From NCBI GenBank assembly GCA_036626005.1, contig JAZKSP010000002.1:1-46153 (forward strand): DNA of 46,153 bases, written 5' to 3'. Numbering within the stretch: the stretch's first letter is position 1; every line of letters starts with the position of its first letter. The notes under the pieces are model-generated. The model had not been told where the DNA came from, made no database searches, and saw only the letters and a list, made by a program, of their open reading frames with translations. The stretch is from Thermoplasmatota archaeon (GTDB taxonomy: Archaea; Thermoplasmatota; Thermoplasmata; Halarchaeoplasmatales; Halarchaeoplasmataceae). Of the stretch, positions 37,199 through 46,153 are shown one piece after another. A program made the translations under genes and the position numbers.

Positions 37199-37432
37199 AT
37201 GCTGGTTGCGATAGTGTTGGGATTATTACTAGCTATACTTGTTTTCCTCACGGTCTTAGCGATTGCAGGAAATCCCGGAGGGTTTTGGATCTTTGGAACA
37301 GTAGGTGTACAGTGTATATTAGCGATATTGGGGATCATAGGTGTTATAGGTATATTAGATATGCTAGGAGGCATAATGATTCTAGGAAGTGCGACTGGAG
37401 CTGGATTGATGGTGATTCCACTTTTGTCTTAG
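37199..37432 (+). CDS. Hypothetical 77-aa Gly-rich hydrophobic membrane peptide
   Basis: MLVAIVLGLLLAILVFLTVLAIAG...GIIGVIGILDMLGGIMILG, about 3 TM. A good SD is present. The competing frames (37183 +, 37006 -) look non-coding. Confidence 0.45.
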   Translation: MLVAIVLGLLLAILVFLTVLAIAGNPGGFWIFGTVGVQCILAILGIIGVIGILDMLGGIMILGSATGAGLMVIPLLS

Positions 37433-37595
37433 GGATTTTACAGTAAGTTTAAAAGAGAAATAGAGAAGGACCTTAAAGGTCTTAAACTACTATCGAGTGA
37501 CGATTAGCATCCTTGACTTACGATTTTTTCTTTACCCTAGACTAAACGTTATTTCGATTTGAGAAAAACTAAGAGATATGAGAGAAAATACTTTG

Positions 37596-37612
37596 AAAAG
37601 AAAAAAAGAAAG
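37596..37612 (-). terminator. T-rich tract (CTTTCTTTTTTTCTTTTC) after the fbp stop
   Basis: The minus strand reads TAAAAAACCTTTCTTTTTTTCTTTTC directly downstream of the stop codon at 37618-37620. Confidence 0.3.
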
Positions 37613-37617
37613 GTTTT

Positions 37618-38727
37618 TTACTCTTCGACTTCTTCGAACCTGTTTTCCAGCTCATCCATCACATTCGGTAGAGTAGTATATTCCATCTCTTCTAGAGGTA
37701 GTCTATGAGGTTCGAAGGGTCCGTGTCTTCTCATGTAATCTGCTATGTTAGCGGATTTTTCTCTGACTGTATCGAAAGCGGGGTCATCAAATAAGTCCGC
37801 CGGCTCATCGAATTCACCGTTCTTCACTTGAGTACCAAGAGCCATGACTCTAGGTGGTCCGTCGAACCTAGTACACTGGGAATCTTTCTCTCCCACTGGC
37901 ATTATCGGTCCGTTGTGACTGCCTCTCATCCAGCCGGAAACCAGATATGGGTTGGAAAACGGTTCCAACACTTCTCCTAGTGCCGGAAGCCCAGACTGTG
38001 CCCTAACCACAGCTACTGGATCATCTTTACCTACATATTCTCCTGCGACCTGATACAGTTTTTCAGTACTGACTGAAGCTACAGGCTCATCTTCAGGAAG
38101 CTTACTCTCTTTTTTGGGATAAACTTTCTTTATCACGAATCTTCCCTTAGCGCCCAAGAGTGCGAGGATATCATAAAGCTCCTCAGGAGTCTCCATCATT
38201 ATCTTCTTGTTCTTTTTTATGTCCCATATCTCAAATCTAAAGCCTATATGGAGTGAAGGATCGATCACGAGTCCAGCTGTATTGAAGGGATCCGCGAACA
38301 TCTTGAATATCGGATAGTTGAAAGCCCCAGGTTCAGTTTTATCCATAAGGAAAGCTACGACCGGTTCGGCCTTCCTCTCAGTGAATTCCATTTCAGCTAT
38401 GCCGGGTCCCATCCCTCGTACGTTTCCGGAGAAAGCGTCTGATAAAATATCCTGTCCCGCGCCGTACAGACCAAGTTCTTCTGCCTTCTCTGTGGCCTCT
38501 TGGAAGGTATCCCATGCAAGTGAGTGGACTTTTTCTGAATCCTCACCCTCTCTATGAGTCATCAGCAGCTCAAGATCATCTCCGCAGTGCGTAACATAAT
38601 AGTCTTCAAGTACATCTGCATCCGCCAATTTCTCTTCTGCCACTTCCATCAGTCCGTCATGTACCCTGGAATGACCAGGATATCCTCCGACATCCGCCTT
38701 TATGATGCTAAACGTTATCTTGCTCAT
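37618..38727 (-). CDS. fbp: Fructose-1,6-bisphosphate aldolase/phosphatase (class V FBPase)
   Basis: N-terminus ITFSIIKADVGGYPGHSRVH plus full-length (369 aa) family resemblance. Confidence 0.93.
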   Translation of the reverse strand: MSKITFSIIKADVGGYPGHSRVHDGLMEVAEEKLADADVLEDYYVTHCGDDLELLMTHREGEDSEKVHSLAWDTFQEATEKAEELGLYGAGQDILSDAFSGNVRGMGPGIAEMEFTERKAEPVVAFLMDKTEPGAFNYPIFKMFADPFNTAGLVIDPSLHIGFRFEIWDIKKNKKIMMETPEELYDILALLGAKGRFVIKKVYPKKESKLPEDEPVASVSTEKLYQVAGEYVGKDDPVAVVRAQSGLPALGEVLEPFSNPYLVSGWMRGSHNGPIMPVGEKDSQCTRFDGPPRVMALGTQVKNGEFDEPADLFDDPAFDTVREKSANIADYMRRHGPFEPHRLPLEEMEYTTLPNVMDELENRFEEVEE

Positions 38728-38832
38728 ATCTTACACCTTGTTTTCCTCTATAAGGACACTAAATAAAAGATTATCGATTTAGGAAGACCAAAAGTGAAAA
38801 TATTTTTAGGGAAAAGCGAGATTATAATACAA

Positions 38833-39177
38833 ATGGTCTCAAATTTCATAGAAGATTACTCTTTCGGCAAAATCGTCATCGATGGAGAACGTTACACCGA
38901 TGATGTTATACTCCTCGGAGAGAAGATCATAGATGGATGGTGGAGGAAAAAAGGGCACAGAGTCGTAAAGGGGGATCTTAAGAAGGTTTTAGAATATAGT
39001 CCAGATATACTGATAATAGGAACTGGAAATTCAGGTCGGATGAGGGTACCATCTGAACTTCCTAATAAGCTGAAGTTTGAAGTGGAATCATATTCCACTC
39101 AAAAGGCCTGTGATAGATACAATAAGTTGGTCGAAGGCGATAAGAAGATAGCGGGAGGATTCCATCTGACATGTTGA
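38833..39177 (+). CDS. Mth938-like (DUF498) domain protein, paralogue 1
   Basis: FGKIVIDGERYTDDVILL...ILIIGTGNSG...HLTC. The ORF opens at GTG 38794; ATG 38833 is preferred. Confidence 0.65.
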   Translation: MVSNFIEDYSFGKIVIDGERYTDDVILLGEKIIDGWWRKKGHRVVKGDLKKVLEYSPDILIIGTGNSGRMRVPSELPNKLKFEVESYSTQKACDRYNKLVEGDKKIAGGFHLTC

Positions 39178-39542
39178 AGATAGAGGAGACCGACTTTGGA
39201 GAGATCACTCTGAACGGAGAAACCTACGATCACGATATAGTTATCTTCCCAAACGAAATAATCGAGAGGAAGAAATGGATAACGAAAGAGAAGCACGGCA
39301 CTAGTCATAAGTTCACTAGAGATGAGATGGAAGAGTATCTAAACGAAGTCGACAAATCAAATATAGATAGAGTAGTTATCGGCACCGGGCAGTACGGAAA
39401 ACTCGGTCTTCTATCCGAGTCGAAGGAACACTTGGATCAACATGATATCGAATACAGTGAGCGAAAGACTTCTGATCTGGTCGGACAAATCGAAGATCAT
39501 TTTAGGAACCGTACCGTATTCATAATCCACGTGACCTGTTAA
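39171..39542 (+). CDS. Mth938-like (DUF498) domain protein, paralogue 2
   Basis: FGEITLNGETYDHDIVIF...VVIGTGQYG...HVTC has the same architecture as the upstream gene. 7-nt overlap. Confidence 0.6.
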   Translation: MLKIEETDFGEITLNGETYDHDIVIFPNEIIERKKWITKEKHGTSHKFTRDEMEEYLNEVDKSNIDRVVIGTGQYGKLGLLSESKEHLDQHDIEYSERKTSDLVGQIEDHFRNRTVFIIHVTC

Positions 39543-39551
39543 GAGTAGAGA

Positions 39552-41021
39552 TCACTTGAACCCATTGTTCTTCACTCCTTTCTCGATCTTTTCTAGGAAT
39601 TTTTCAGTATGTTCTGGGGGTTCGGTCATATAGCTTATACCTACATACAGAGTCACCGTTACTATCAAGCCCCAGACTGAAGGCCACCATCCGAATGGAT
39701 ACCATCCGGTGATGTAAAGAGAGGCGGTCAATAAGCCACCTATACCCATGCTCGTTATTGCACCTTCGGCGGTCGATCGCTTCCAGAAGAAGGTTCCGAC
39801 TATAGTTGGAGCCATCACCAATAATCCTCCCGAGGCCATGCTGGAGAGCACAGCGATCAGATCCAATCTAAGATTGGCGAAGATCACACACACCACTATT
39901 ATACCGACGATCAATAATTTTCCATACAGGAGCTCTTTACTTTCGGAAATATCCCTGTTTAGATTTTTGATCAGATCCCGAGACCCTATCGAGCTGAGGG
40001 TCAAAATTATAGAGCCTAGGGTAGAAGTCGCAGCGGCGAATATACTAACGAAAACCACCAATCCCAATGCTACTGGTATATTGGAAAGTAGAGCGGCAAT
40101 CGCTTGATCCGGAGCTCCAAAGGAGAGACCTCCGATATTTGCTATAGATAGGCCTAACAGCGTCGTTATCAGGGTGTAGATGAATCCAAATATCGAAAAG
40201 TAGATGATCATACGCTTCAAACTCAAAGAGGAGTCGGAAACGAACATCCTCTGAGAGACCTGTGGATTGGTAACTGCAAAAAACGCCCACGGGAGAGATA
40301 ATCCTACGAACATCTTGAAATCCCAGTTTAGCTTAAGCAGTCCGGGTGTTTCACTACTCACAGTGGAAACAAAAAGCGCTGGAGAACCAAAAAAGTGATA
40401 GAACACGAATAAGAGCAGTGCAATGCTCGCAAACAGCATTGTCAAAGCTTGGAAAGCGTCGGTCCAAGAAACCGATTTCATCCCCGCAACCAAAGAAGCT
40501 ATAGTGCTGAATGAAGCCGCCAACAGTACACCGATGAGATACATATTGGAGAAAGAACTAGGCGTCAAGCCAGATAAGAGATATCCTATACCCATCAATT
40601 GAACGGACGCGTAGGGTATAAGCATGACTAGGCAAATAATCGAAGCTATTACGCCGACCCATTTGCTTTGATATCTCCCGGCTAACAGTTCCGGAGGGGT
40701 TATGTAATCGAACTCTTTACCGGCGACCCAGAACCGTGGAGCGAATATCAACAGCAAAATTATAGTGTACATCAGGTAGGTCATCTCGAAACCCACGGCT
40801 CCGACTCCCTTGATATAAGTCAAACCGACGAGGCCTACCATCATGAAAGCGCTGTAAGTGGTAGCACTGTAAGTCATACCGGATATAAACCCGCTCAATT
40901 TTCTATTTGCGAGGAAAAAGTCGGGCATCCCTTCTCCCAATCTCTGTCTTGCAAGATATGCTATAACAACGCCGAAAAGGAACCACAAACCTAGAGCGAG
41001 GAAGACGTACCAAGGATTCAT
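39552..41021 (-). CDS. Sodium:solute symporter (SSS) family transporter
   Basis: 489 aa, about 13 TM, N-terminal FFLANRKLSGF and a typical SSS hydrophobic pattern. Confidence 0.88.
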   Translation of the reverse strand: MNPWYVFLALGLWFLFGVVIAYLARQRLGEGMPDFFLANRKLSGFISGMTYSATTYSAFMMVGLVGLTYIKGVGAVGFEMTYLMYTIILLLIFAPRFWVAGKEFDYITPPELLAGRYQSKWVGVIASIICLVMLIPYASVQLMGIGYLLSGLTPSSFSNMYLIGVLLAASFSTIASLVAGMKSVSWTDAFQALTMLFASIALLLFVFYHFFGSPALFVSTVSSETPGLLKLNWDFKMFVGLSLPWAFFAVTNPQVSQRMFVSDSSLSLKRMIIYFSIFGFIYTLITTLLGLSIANIGGLSFGAPDQAIAALLSNIPVALGLVVFVSIFAAATSTLGSIILTLSSIGSRDLIKNLNRDISESKELLYGKLLIVGIIVVCVIFANLRLDLIAVLSSMASGGLLVMAPTIVGTFFWKRSTAEGAITSMGIGGLLTASLYITGWYPFGWWPSVWGLIVTVTLYVGISYMTEPPEHTEKFLEKIEKGVKNNGFK

Positions 41022-41200
41022 CTCTGATCACCCCATTTTCTCACGTTCCAGATGCCGAAAAATATAACCAAAAAAGTCAAACCTGTCCAAAATAAGTAAC
41101 TACCCATAAAACTCGCCGTATCTTTCAGTACGAGATAGGGAACTCCAAGGTTAACTACAGCCAAAAGCACTGCCAAAATTCCGATATATTTCTCCTTCAT
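41018..41200 (-). CDS. Small 2-TM protein coupled to the SSS transporter (DUF3311-like)
   Basis: 60 aa, two TM helices, 4-nt overlap with the transporter start. This is a common arrangement for SSS accessory subunits. Confidence 0.55.
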   Translation of the reverse strand: MKEKYIGILAVLLAVVNLGVPYLVLKDTASFMGSYLFWTGLTFLVIFFGIWNVRKWGDQR

Positions 41201-41215
41201 CTTATCCCCTTAGGA

Positions 41216-41944
41216 CTATTTTTCGAATCGATTGACCAAGCTTCCTATACCCTCTATAGTTATCCTAACTTCATCTCCATCCTCTATCGGTCCTACACCT
41301 GACGGGGTACCGGTAGAGATTATATCTCCTCTCTCAAGGGTGAGGTAATTACTAATCTCCTCGATCAACTCAGGGATAGAAAAAGCTAGTTGATCTATCG
41401 TAGATCTTTGTTTTACTTCTCCGTTCACTTCCGCTTTGATCTCCGCGGCTTTGGGTACTTGATCGAGAGATGCGATCGACGGTCCTATAGGAGCGGCGTT
41501 ATCGAAGGCTTTTCCTCTCACCCAGTTCTGTTCCTGCCTCTGGTCTTCTCGGTTAGAAAGATCGTTTACACAGGTGAAACCCATGACATGATCCATCGCA
41601 TTTTCCTTCAAGACGTTTTTGCACTGTTTCCCTATCACCACTCCCAGCTCGGCTTCATGATCTATCCTCTCTTTGTCTGGAAAAAGATGTATTGTGTCCC
41701 TATGGCCCGCTAACGTGTTAGGTGGTTTCAGGAAAAGTTTAGGTCTATCCGGTATATCTTTTCCTGTCTCTTCCGCATGATCTCTATAGTTCAGTCCTAT
41801 GCAAACCAACTTTGTCGGTTTCACCGGCGGCAGTATATCGATTTCCTCAAAACTGTAAGTCTCACTACAGGAGTCAATTCCCTCTTCCTTCCATTCTCCG
41901 ATCCTTATAGATCCGGCTTGATCTTTAAACCTCACTCTTCGCAT
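41216..41944 (-). CDS. Fumarylacetoacetate hydrolase (FAH) family protein
   Basis: KLVCIGLNYRDHAEE, IDHEAELGVVIG and GDIISTGTPSGVGP motifs. Confidence 0.88.
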   Translation of the reverse strand: MRRVRFKDQAGSIRIGEWKEEGIDSCSETYSFEEIDILPPVKPTKLVCIGLNYRDHAEETGKDIPDRPKLFLKPPNTLAGHRDTIHLFPDKERIDHEAELGVVIGKQCKNVLKENAMDHVMGFTCVNDLSNREDQRQEQNWVRGKAFDNAAPIGPSIASLDQVPKAAEIKAEVNGEVKQRSTIDQLAFSIPELIEEISNYLTLERGDIISTGTPSGVGPIEDGDEVRITIEGIGSLVNRFEK

Positions 41945-42000
41945 GTTTTACTGTATGTAATTATAAATATAAACCTTTGTGATTTCACGGAAAATATTCA

Positions 42001-42621
42001 TCATTTAGGTTTTTGAGCTATGACATAATTGTTTCCCTTCGAATGAAAACTTTTCACTATATGCAACTCGCTTTTTCGAACATCCTCTTCCAATTCTTCT
42101 AGACGATACAGATGATAAAATCTATCCACCACTTCACCGTCCGCTCTGTGCCATGGAACTATCACGTCTCGCTCTTCCTCCTCAAGATCCCACCTATCGA
42201 GTTCTCTAGCCCACCCTGAAACAAGCATTCTACCATCATCTTTTAGGACTCTTTTGGCCTCCTTTAAACTTTTAATCCGACCTCGTTTCAGATGATGGAT
42301 GGTTGCGATGTAAATTATATTGTCAAAAGATTCTTCTTCAAAAGGAAGAGACTTCACATCCGCTCTAACCAATCCTACTTTTCCTTTTACCTTTTCTTTA
42401 CAGATACGGAGAAGTTCTAAAGAAGCGTCTACACCGTAAACTTCTAGACCTATCTCCAACGCTTCTGTGAGATGACGACCGTTACCGCATCCCATGTCGA
42501 GAAGAGCACCTTCACAATCATCTAAAAATTTCACAACTTCTTCCCATGGATGGTTTCTAGTTTTATCGAAATGTTCGGCTATCGCATCGAACGTGTTAGA
42601 AGCTCTTCTCGCATCCTTCAT
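42001..42621 (-). CDS. Class I SAM-dependent methyltransferase (Trm9-like tail)
   Basis: Motif I LLDMGCGNGRH. The C-terminal VDRFYHLYRLEELE resembles Trm9/ALKBH8-type methyltransferases. Substrate is not assignable. Confidence 0.8.
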   Translation of the reverse strand: MKDARRASNTFDAIAEHFDKTRNHPWEEVVKFLDDCEGALLDMGCGNGRHLTEALEIGLEVYGVDASLELLRICKEKVKGKVGLVRADVKSLPFEEESFDNIIYIATIHHLKRGRIKSLKEAKRVLKDDGRMLVSGWARELDRWDLEEEERDVIVPWHRADGEVVDRFYHLYRLEELEEDVRKSELHIVKSFHSKGNNYVIAQKPK

Positions 42622-42677
42622 GGTAAGCTAAACAGAAAACATAAGTTTTATATCCTGCGGAAGTTTTTTTTATTCAA

Positions 42678-43430
42678 ATGGTTGTTTTCAGAATCGGTCT
42701 AATATTTATCATCTGTTCCGCCCTCGGCTTCATTACCTATCTCAAGGGACTTTTGAACGCCGATGGCTCATTAACGGCTTTTTTCATAGGTCTTTTTATC
42801 GCACTTCAGGGAGGATTGGCTTTGATCACAATCTTGGTAGTCTTCTTAGCAAGTGCTTTTATCGCTACTAGATACAAGTTCACCTATAAAAAGGAGAGAG
42901 GTATGCAAGAGGGTTTTAAAGGGGAAAGAGGGTGGACCAATGTATTAGCTAACGGAATAGTACCGGTCATCGTGCTTTTGCTCTACAATTCTGGTGATTT
43001 GATAAGTTTCGGTTTTTTGAACTCAAAGTTTGCTATCCCACTCTTCGTTTTGGCTATCGCCGCCGCAGCTTCGGATACACTCGCCTCCGAAATAGGTATG
43101 GCTTCAAAAAAAGTCTACCTTATCACCAATTTCAAGAGAGTTAAACCCGGTACCGATGGAGGTATATCCGCTTATGGAGAGCTTTGGGCTATGATCGGCT
43201 CAGTTTATACTTTTCTTATTGCTCAATTCATATTTTATTTTACCGATATGACAATCTTCTCACCTAGAATCCTGTTATTCGGATCATTTATAGGATTTTT
43301 GAGCTGTCAGATAGACAGCCTTTTGGGAGCTTCTTTGGAAAGAAAAGGGATACTCACCAAATCACTTGTCAATCTTCTCGCAATCTCTATATCAGTAACG
43401 ATATTTGGAGGTGTAATGTATGTCTGGTAA
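42678..43430 (+). CDS. DUF92/TMEM19-family integral membrane protein (VTE6-like polyprenyl-phosphate kinase family)
   Basis: GERGWTNVLANG and AAAASDTLASEIG motifs, 250 aa, polytopic. Confidence 0.75.
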   Translation: MVVFRIGLIFIICSALGFITYLKGLLNADGSLTAFFIGLFIALQGGLALITILVVFLASAFIATRYKFTYKKERGMQEGFKGERGWTNVLANGIVPVIVLLLYNSGDLISFGFLNSKFAIPLFVLAIAAAASDTLASEIGMASKKVYLITNFKRVKPGTDGGISAYGELWAMIGSVYTFLIAQFIFYFTDMTIFSPRILLFGSFIGFLSCQIDSLLGASLERKGILTKSLVNLLAISISVTIFGGVMYVW

Positions 43431-44640
43431 GATGTTGATGTTGATATTGGACGGCGTTGGGGATAGATCAGTCGAAGAATTGGGAGGAAAAACTCCGCTT
43501 GAAGCCGCCGAAACCCCCAATCTAGACAGATTTGCAAAAGAGGGACAGAACGGTCTGATGGATACGATCGCACCGGGTATAAGACCGGGGAGCGATACCG
43601 GCCATCTCTCACTGTTAGGTTATGATCCCTACGAAGTGTACAGAGGGAGAGGTCCTTTCGAAGCAGCCGGGATAGGGATGGAACTCGAGCCAGAAGATGT
43701 AGCTTTCAGATGCAACTTTGCAAATGTAGAAGAAGGGAAGATAGTTGATAGAAGGGCGGGAAGAATCAAAGAAAAAACTGAAGAATTAGCGGAGGCTATC
43801 CAAACTATTGACCTCGATGTAGATTTCGAATTTGAAAAAGCCGTTGAACACAGATCCGTTCTAGTGCTCAAAGGGAAAGATCTAGGTGGCGAAGTGAGCG
43901 ATATAGATCCACATGAAACCGAAACCGAATTCCACAAAGCTGAGCCTATCAAAAGTTCGAAGAAGAATAAGAAAACCGCGGATATACTGAATGATTTCGT
44001 GAAAAAATCCATAGAGGTCCTATCAGATCATCCTGTCAACCTTGAGAGAGAAAAAAATGGCGATCTTCCGGCGAATATCATCCTTCCTAGAGGGGGTGGA
44101 AAAGTTCCAGATCTAGAAAACGTAGAATCCAAACACGGTCTGAACTCGGGTGCGATCTCAGGGATACCCTTAGTCAGAGGCGTGTGCACACTAGCGGGTA
44201 TGGATATCTTGCAGGTAAAGGAAGCCACTGGTGGTATAGATACGGATCTAAAAGCTATAATCGATGCAACCGTAAAAGCGTTGGAGGAACACGATTTTAT
44301 GCTCGTGAATATCAAAGGCTGCGATCTTTCCGGTCACGACGGCTTACATGAAGAAAAGATTGATTTCATAGAAAAGATAGATTCTTTCCTGGAGCCGTTG
44401 GGTGAATTGGAGGAAACCTACATCGCTATCACAGGAGATCACTCAACGCCTGTGACTATCAAGGAACACAGCGGCGATCCGCTCCCTCTAACGATCTGGG
44501 GCGAAGACATTAGAACCGACGATATCGATGAATTTAGTGAAAGAGAGTGCAGCAAAGGAGGGATCAACAGAGTGAAAGGAGGAGATCTTTTGAATATCCT
44601 GAAGGACCTTGCCGATCGGACCGAAAAGTTCGGCGCTTAA
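43420..44640 (+). CDS. apgM: 2,3-bisphosphoglycerate-independent phosphoglycerate mutase, archaeal type
   Basis: [51 protein letters not shown]-terminal TGDHSTP. Confidence 0.9.
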   Translation: MSGKMLMLILDGVGDRSVEELGGKTPLEAAETPNLDRFAKEGQNGLMDTIAPGIRPGSDTGHLSLLGYDPYEVYRGRGPFEAAGIGMELEPEDVAFRCNFANVEEGKIVDRRAGRIKEKTEELAEAIQTIDLDVDFEFEKAVEHRSVLVLKGKDLGGEVSDIDPHETETEFHKAEPIKSSKKNKKTADILNDFVKKSIEVLSDHPVNLEREKNGDLPANIILPRGGGKVPDLENVESKHGLNSGAISGIPLVRGVCTLAGMDILQVKEATGGIDTDLKAIIDATVKALEEHDFMLVNIKGCDLSGHDGLHEEKIDFIEKIDSFLEPLGELEETYIAITGDHSTPVTIKEHSGDPLPLTIWGEDIRTDDIDEFSERECSKGGINRVKGGDLLNILKDLADRTEKFGA

Positions 44641-45119
44641 CGTTTGTAACCGATTTGCTGTAAGAATTCCTTTCTCTGTTCTTTATCTTCTTCACTTTCA
44701 ACCCCTACGGTAGGTTCACCATCTATGACCCCCATGATACCCCTACCACTTTCCGCATCGGCTACTATTACTTCTAACGGATTAGCTGTTGCGCAGTAAA
44801 TCCTGCATACTTCAGGAACATCCTTCAAAGAGTGCATCACATTTATTGGGAAGGCATCTTCCATCAACAGAACGAAGAAATGCCCAGCATTTATCTTCTC
44901 GGCGTTCTTCACCGCTAGATCTTCAAGTTCTTCATCCGTTCCGTCGTACCTGATTAATCTATCTCCAGAGGCTTCGCAAAAGGCAAGACCGAAATTTATA
45001 TCAGGTACTGAAGTCACCATCGCCTCGTAGATATCCTCCACTGTCTTAATAAAATGACTCTGACCTATGATCACGTTCATCTCTTCTTCTTTATCCACCT
45101 TCACTCTCTCCAATTCCAT
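44637..45119 (-). CDS. Adenosine-specific kinase family protein (PF04008-like)
   Basis: 160 aa. IIGQSHFIKTVEDIYEAMV..FGLAFCEASG..VCRIYCATANPLEV matches my recollection of this family. Confidence 0.65.
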   Translation of the reverse strand: MELERVKVDKEEEMNVIIGQSHFIKTVEDIYEAMVTSVPDINFGLAFCEASGDRLIRYDGTDEELEDLAVKNAEKINAGHFFVLLMEDAFPINVMHSLKDVPEVCRIYCATANPLEVIVADAESGRGIMGVIDGEPTVGVESEEDKEQRKEFLQQIGYKR

Positions 45120-45187
45120 ATTTCATCAACTCCTATCTTATATCTAAAAATCATCTAATAGATTTAATTTTTTCTACAACTTAATCT

Positions 45188-46138
45188 TTAATCCGGCTCC
45201 CCGTCTTCGCTGTACATCTCATCCTCAGGTTCTTTTATCCATCCACACCTGTCACACTCTTTTTTACCTTCCAAAAGATGGCCGCATTCAGGGCAATGAT
45301 CCTCTAGTTCTTCTTCCTTCTCTTCCAATCCCTCAGTACTTGCGGTGACGCTTTTATCCATACGTTTCTTCAGCCATAGAAGGCCCACACCTAGTAAGAA
45401 AATAATAGAAGTTGAAAAACTCTGCTGTAGAGTAATCATCCCCAAAGCGTTTCTTCTTTTTAGTGTTATAGGACCAAAGCCCAAAGAAGTTCTTTCCCAT
45501 GAATAATCTTCTTCTCCAACACCCACTTCTTCTTTTTTTAATGAGAAATAATGATTAAAAAGACGCTCTTCATCTATTTCTATTTCCGCCTCATATTCAA
45601 TCCAATCGTTTTCTACCTGAGAATCATTCACTCTTGTCATATTGTATCCCTGATGGTCTTCTCCGCCGAATCCAATAGTCCCAGTTAAGGAAATATTGGC
45701 ATAAAGAGTGTAATTTGATGATCGGGCAAAGGTCTTATTCAATTCGATCGTCAAGTGGAATTCGGTATCGGTGTCACCATAGATCGGTTCGATAGTCCCA
45801 TTTTTAAGATTTCTACCCTCGGATCGAATTTGTCTAGATGGCTGATCATAGATAATAAAAGTATGATAAAAGGCCATCGTAAATGCGAGAAGTAGTATCG
45901 CTACGACTCCTACGACCAGCAATTTCTTTAAATTATTCTCATCGTAGAACTTGAAAGGTATTAGAAGAGATAAAATAGGGAGCAACACATTCATCAAACA
46001 TGGGTTGATAAATATTAGCCAAATTGAAGCTAAAAATACAGTCAATATATATATCGGGATAGAAAAACGAGATTTTCTAACTTTCCTCGTCTTTTCGTTT
46101 ATAGTTTTCAGTATATGTTTTATCCCGTTCTCTGCCAT
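45188..46138 (-). CDS. Hypothetical membrane protein: sequon-rich extracytoplasmic loop and C-terminal CxxC-x9-CxxC zinc ribbon
   Basis: 3 N-terminal TM helices, a ~140-aa loop with six N-x-S/T sequons, a fourth TM helix, then an acidic tail with CPECGHLLEGKKECDRCGW. Confidence 0.6.
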   Translation of the reverse strand: MAENGIKHILKTINEKTRKVRKSRFSIPIYILTVFLASIWLIFINPCLMNVLLPILSLLIPFKFYDENNLKKLLVVGVVAILLLAFTMAFYHTFIIYDQPSRQIRSEGRNLKNGTIEPIYGDTDTEFHLTIELNKTFARSSNYTLYANISLTGTIGFGGEDHQGYNMTRVNDSQVENDWIEYEAEIEIDEERLFNHYFSLKKEEVGVGEEDYSWERTSLGFGPITLKRRNALGMITLQQSFSTSIIFLLGVGLLWLKKRMDKSVTASTEGLEEKEEELEDHCPECGHLLEGKKECDRCGWIKEPEDEMYSEDGEPD

Positions 46139-46153
46139 GTTTCAGACCAACTC

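Noticed and set aside
37006-37446. Competing ORFs 37006..37374 (minus, 122 aa) and 37183..37446 (plus, 87 aa).
   Set aside because: Their composition looks non-coding (Asn/Ile/Pro-rich or Cys/Arg-rich) and they have no SD. The 37199 frame has an SD and a coherent TM pattern.
36964-37617. AT-rich gap as a candidate replication origin.
   Set aside because: I could find no ORB-like repeated boxes, no adjacent orc1/cdc6 gene and no duplex-unwinding element flanked by inverted repeats.
1-46153. Search for CRISPR arrays, IS elements, toxin-antitoxin pairs, restriction-modification or other defence modules, inteins, tRNA introns and recoded stop codons.
   Set aside because: No regularly spaced direct repeats, transposase/integrase/nuclease-helicase gene sets or split genes were seen. 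Both tRNAs fold without introns. All major ORFs are intact under the standard code.

Overview
Gene-dense archaeal chromosomal segment. It is AT-rich (roughly 40% GC by eye, not computed). I call about 47 protein genes, 2 tRNAs and one SRP (7S) RNA. I found no CRISPR array, transposase, integrase or rRNA. Archaeal identity rests on the rpl44e-rps27e-aIF2alpha operon, an archaeal-type SRP RNA, DtdA, Cgi121, class V FBP aldolase/phosphatase, archaeal ApgM and a CTP-type riboflavin kinase domain. The lineage cannot be fixed from this window; a Thermoplasmatota-like euryarchaeote is only a guess. Most content is housekeeping: translation, central carbon metabolism, cofactor repair, histidine catabolism (hutU, ftcD), purQ, transporters and membrane proteases. 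I did not find a multi-gene defence-like or mobile system. The best candidate for something undescribed is a single gene at 12559..16917. It encodes a ~1450-aa cytoplasmic Glu/Lys-rich protein made of about 20 tandem ~62-residue helical repeats, capped by a beta-sandwich-like segment and a seven-Cys zinc ribbon. It appears translationally coupled to a QueH (epoxyqueuosine reductase) homologue, which is itself unexpected in an archaeon. Second-tier oddities: (1) a C2H2-like zinc-finger insertion inside FTCD; (2) an Fcf1-like PIN domain fused to riboflavin kinase; (3) an output-less 1121-aa PAS/GAF sensor with perfect DNA repeats between GAF modules; (4) a gamma-carbonic-anhydrase-like protein lacking all three zinc-ligand histidines; (5) a low-density islet (8995..10323) with an apparently frameshifted gene. 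All family assignments come from motif recognition in the supplied translations. No database search was run.
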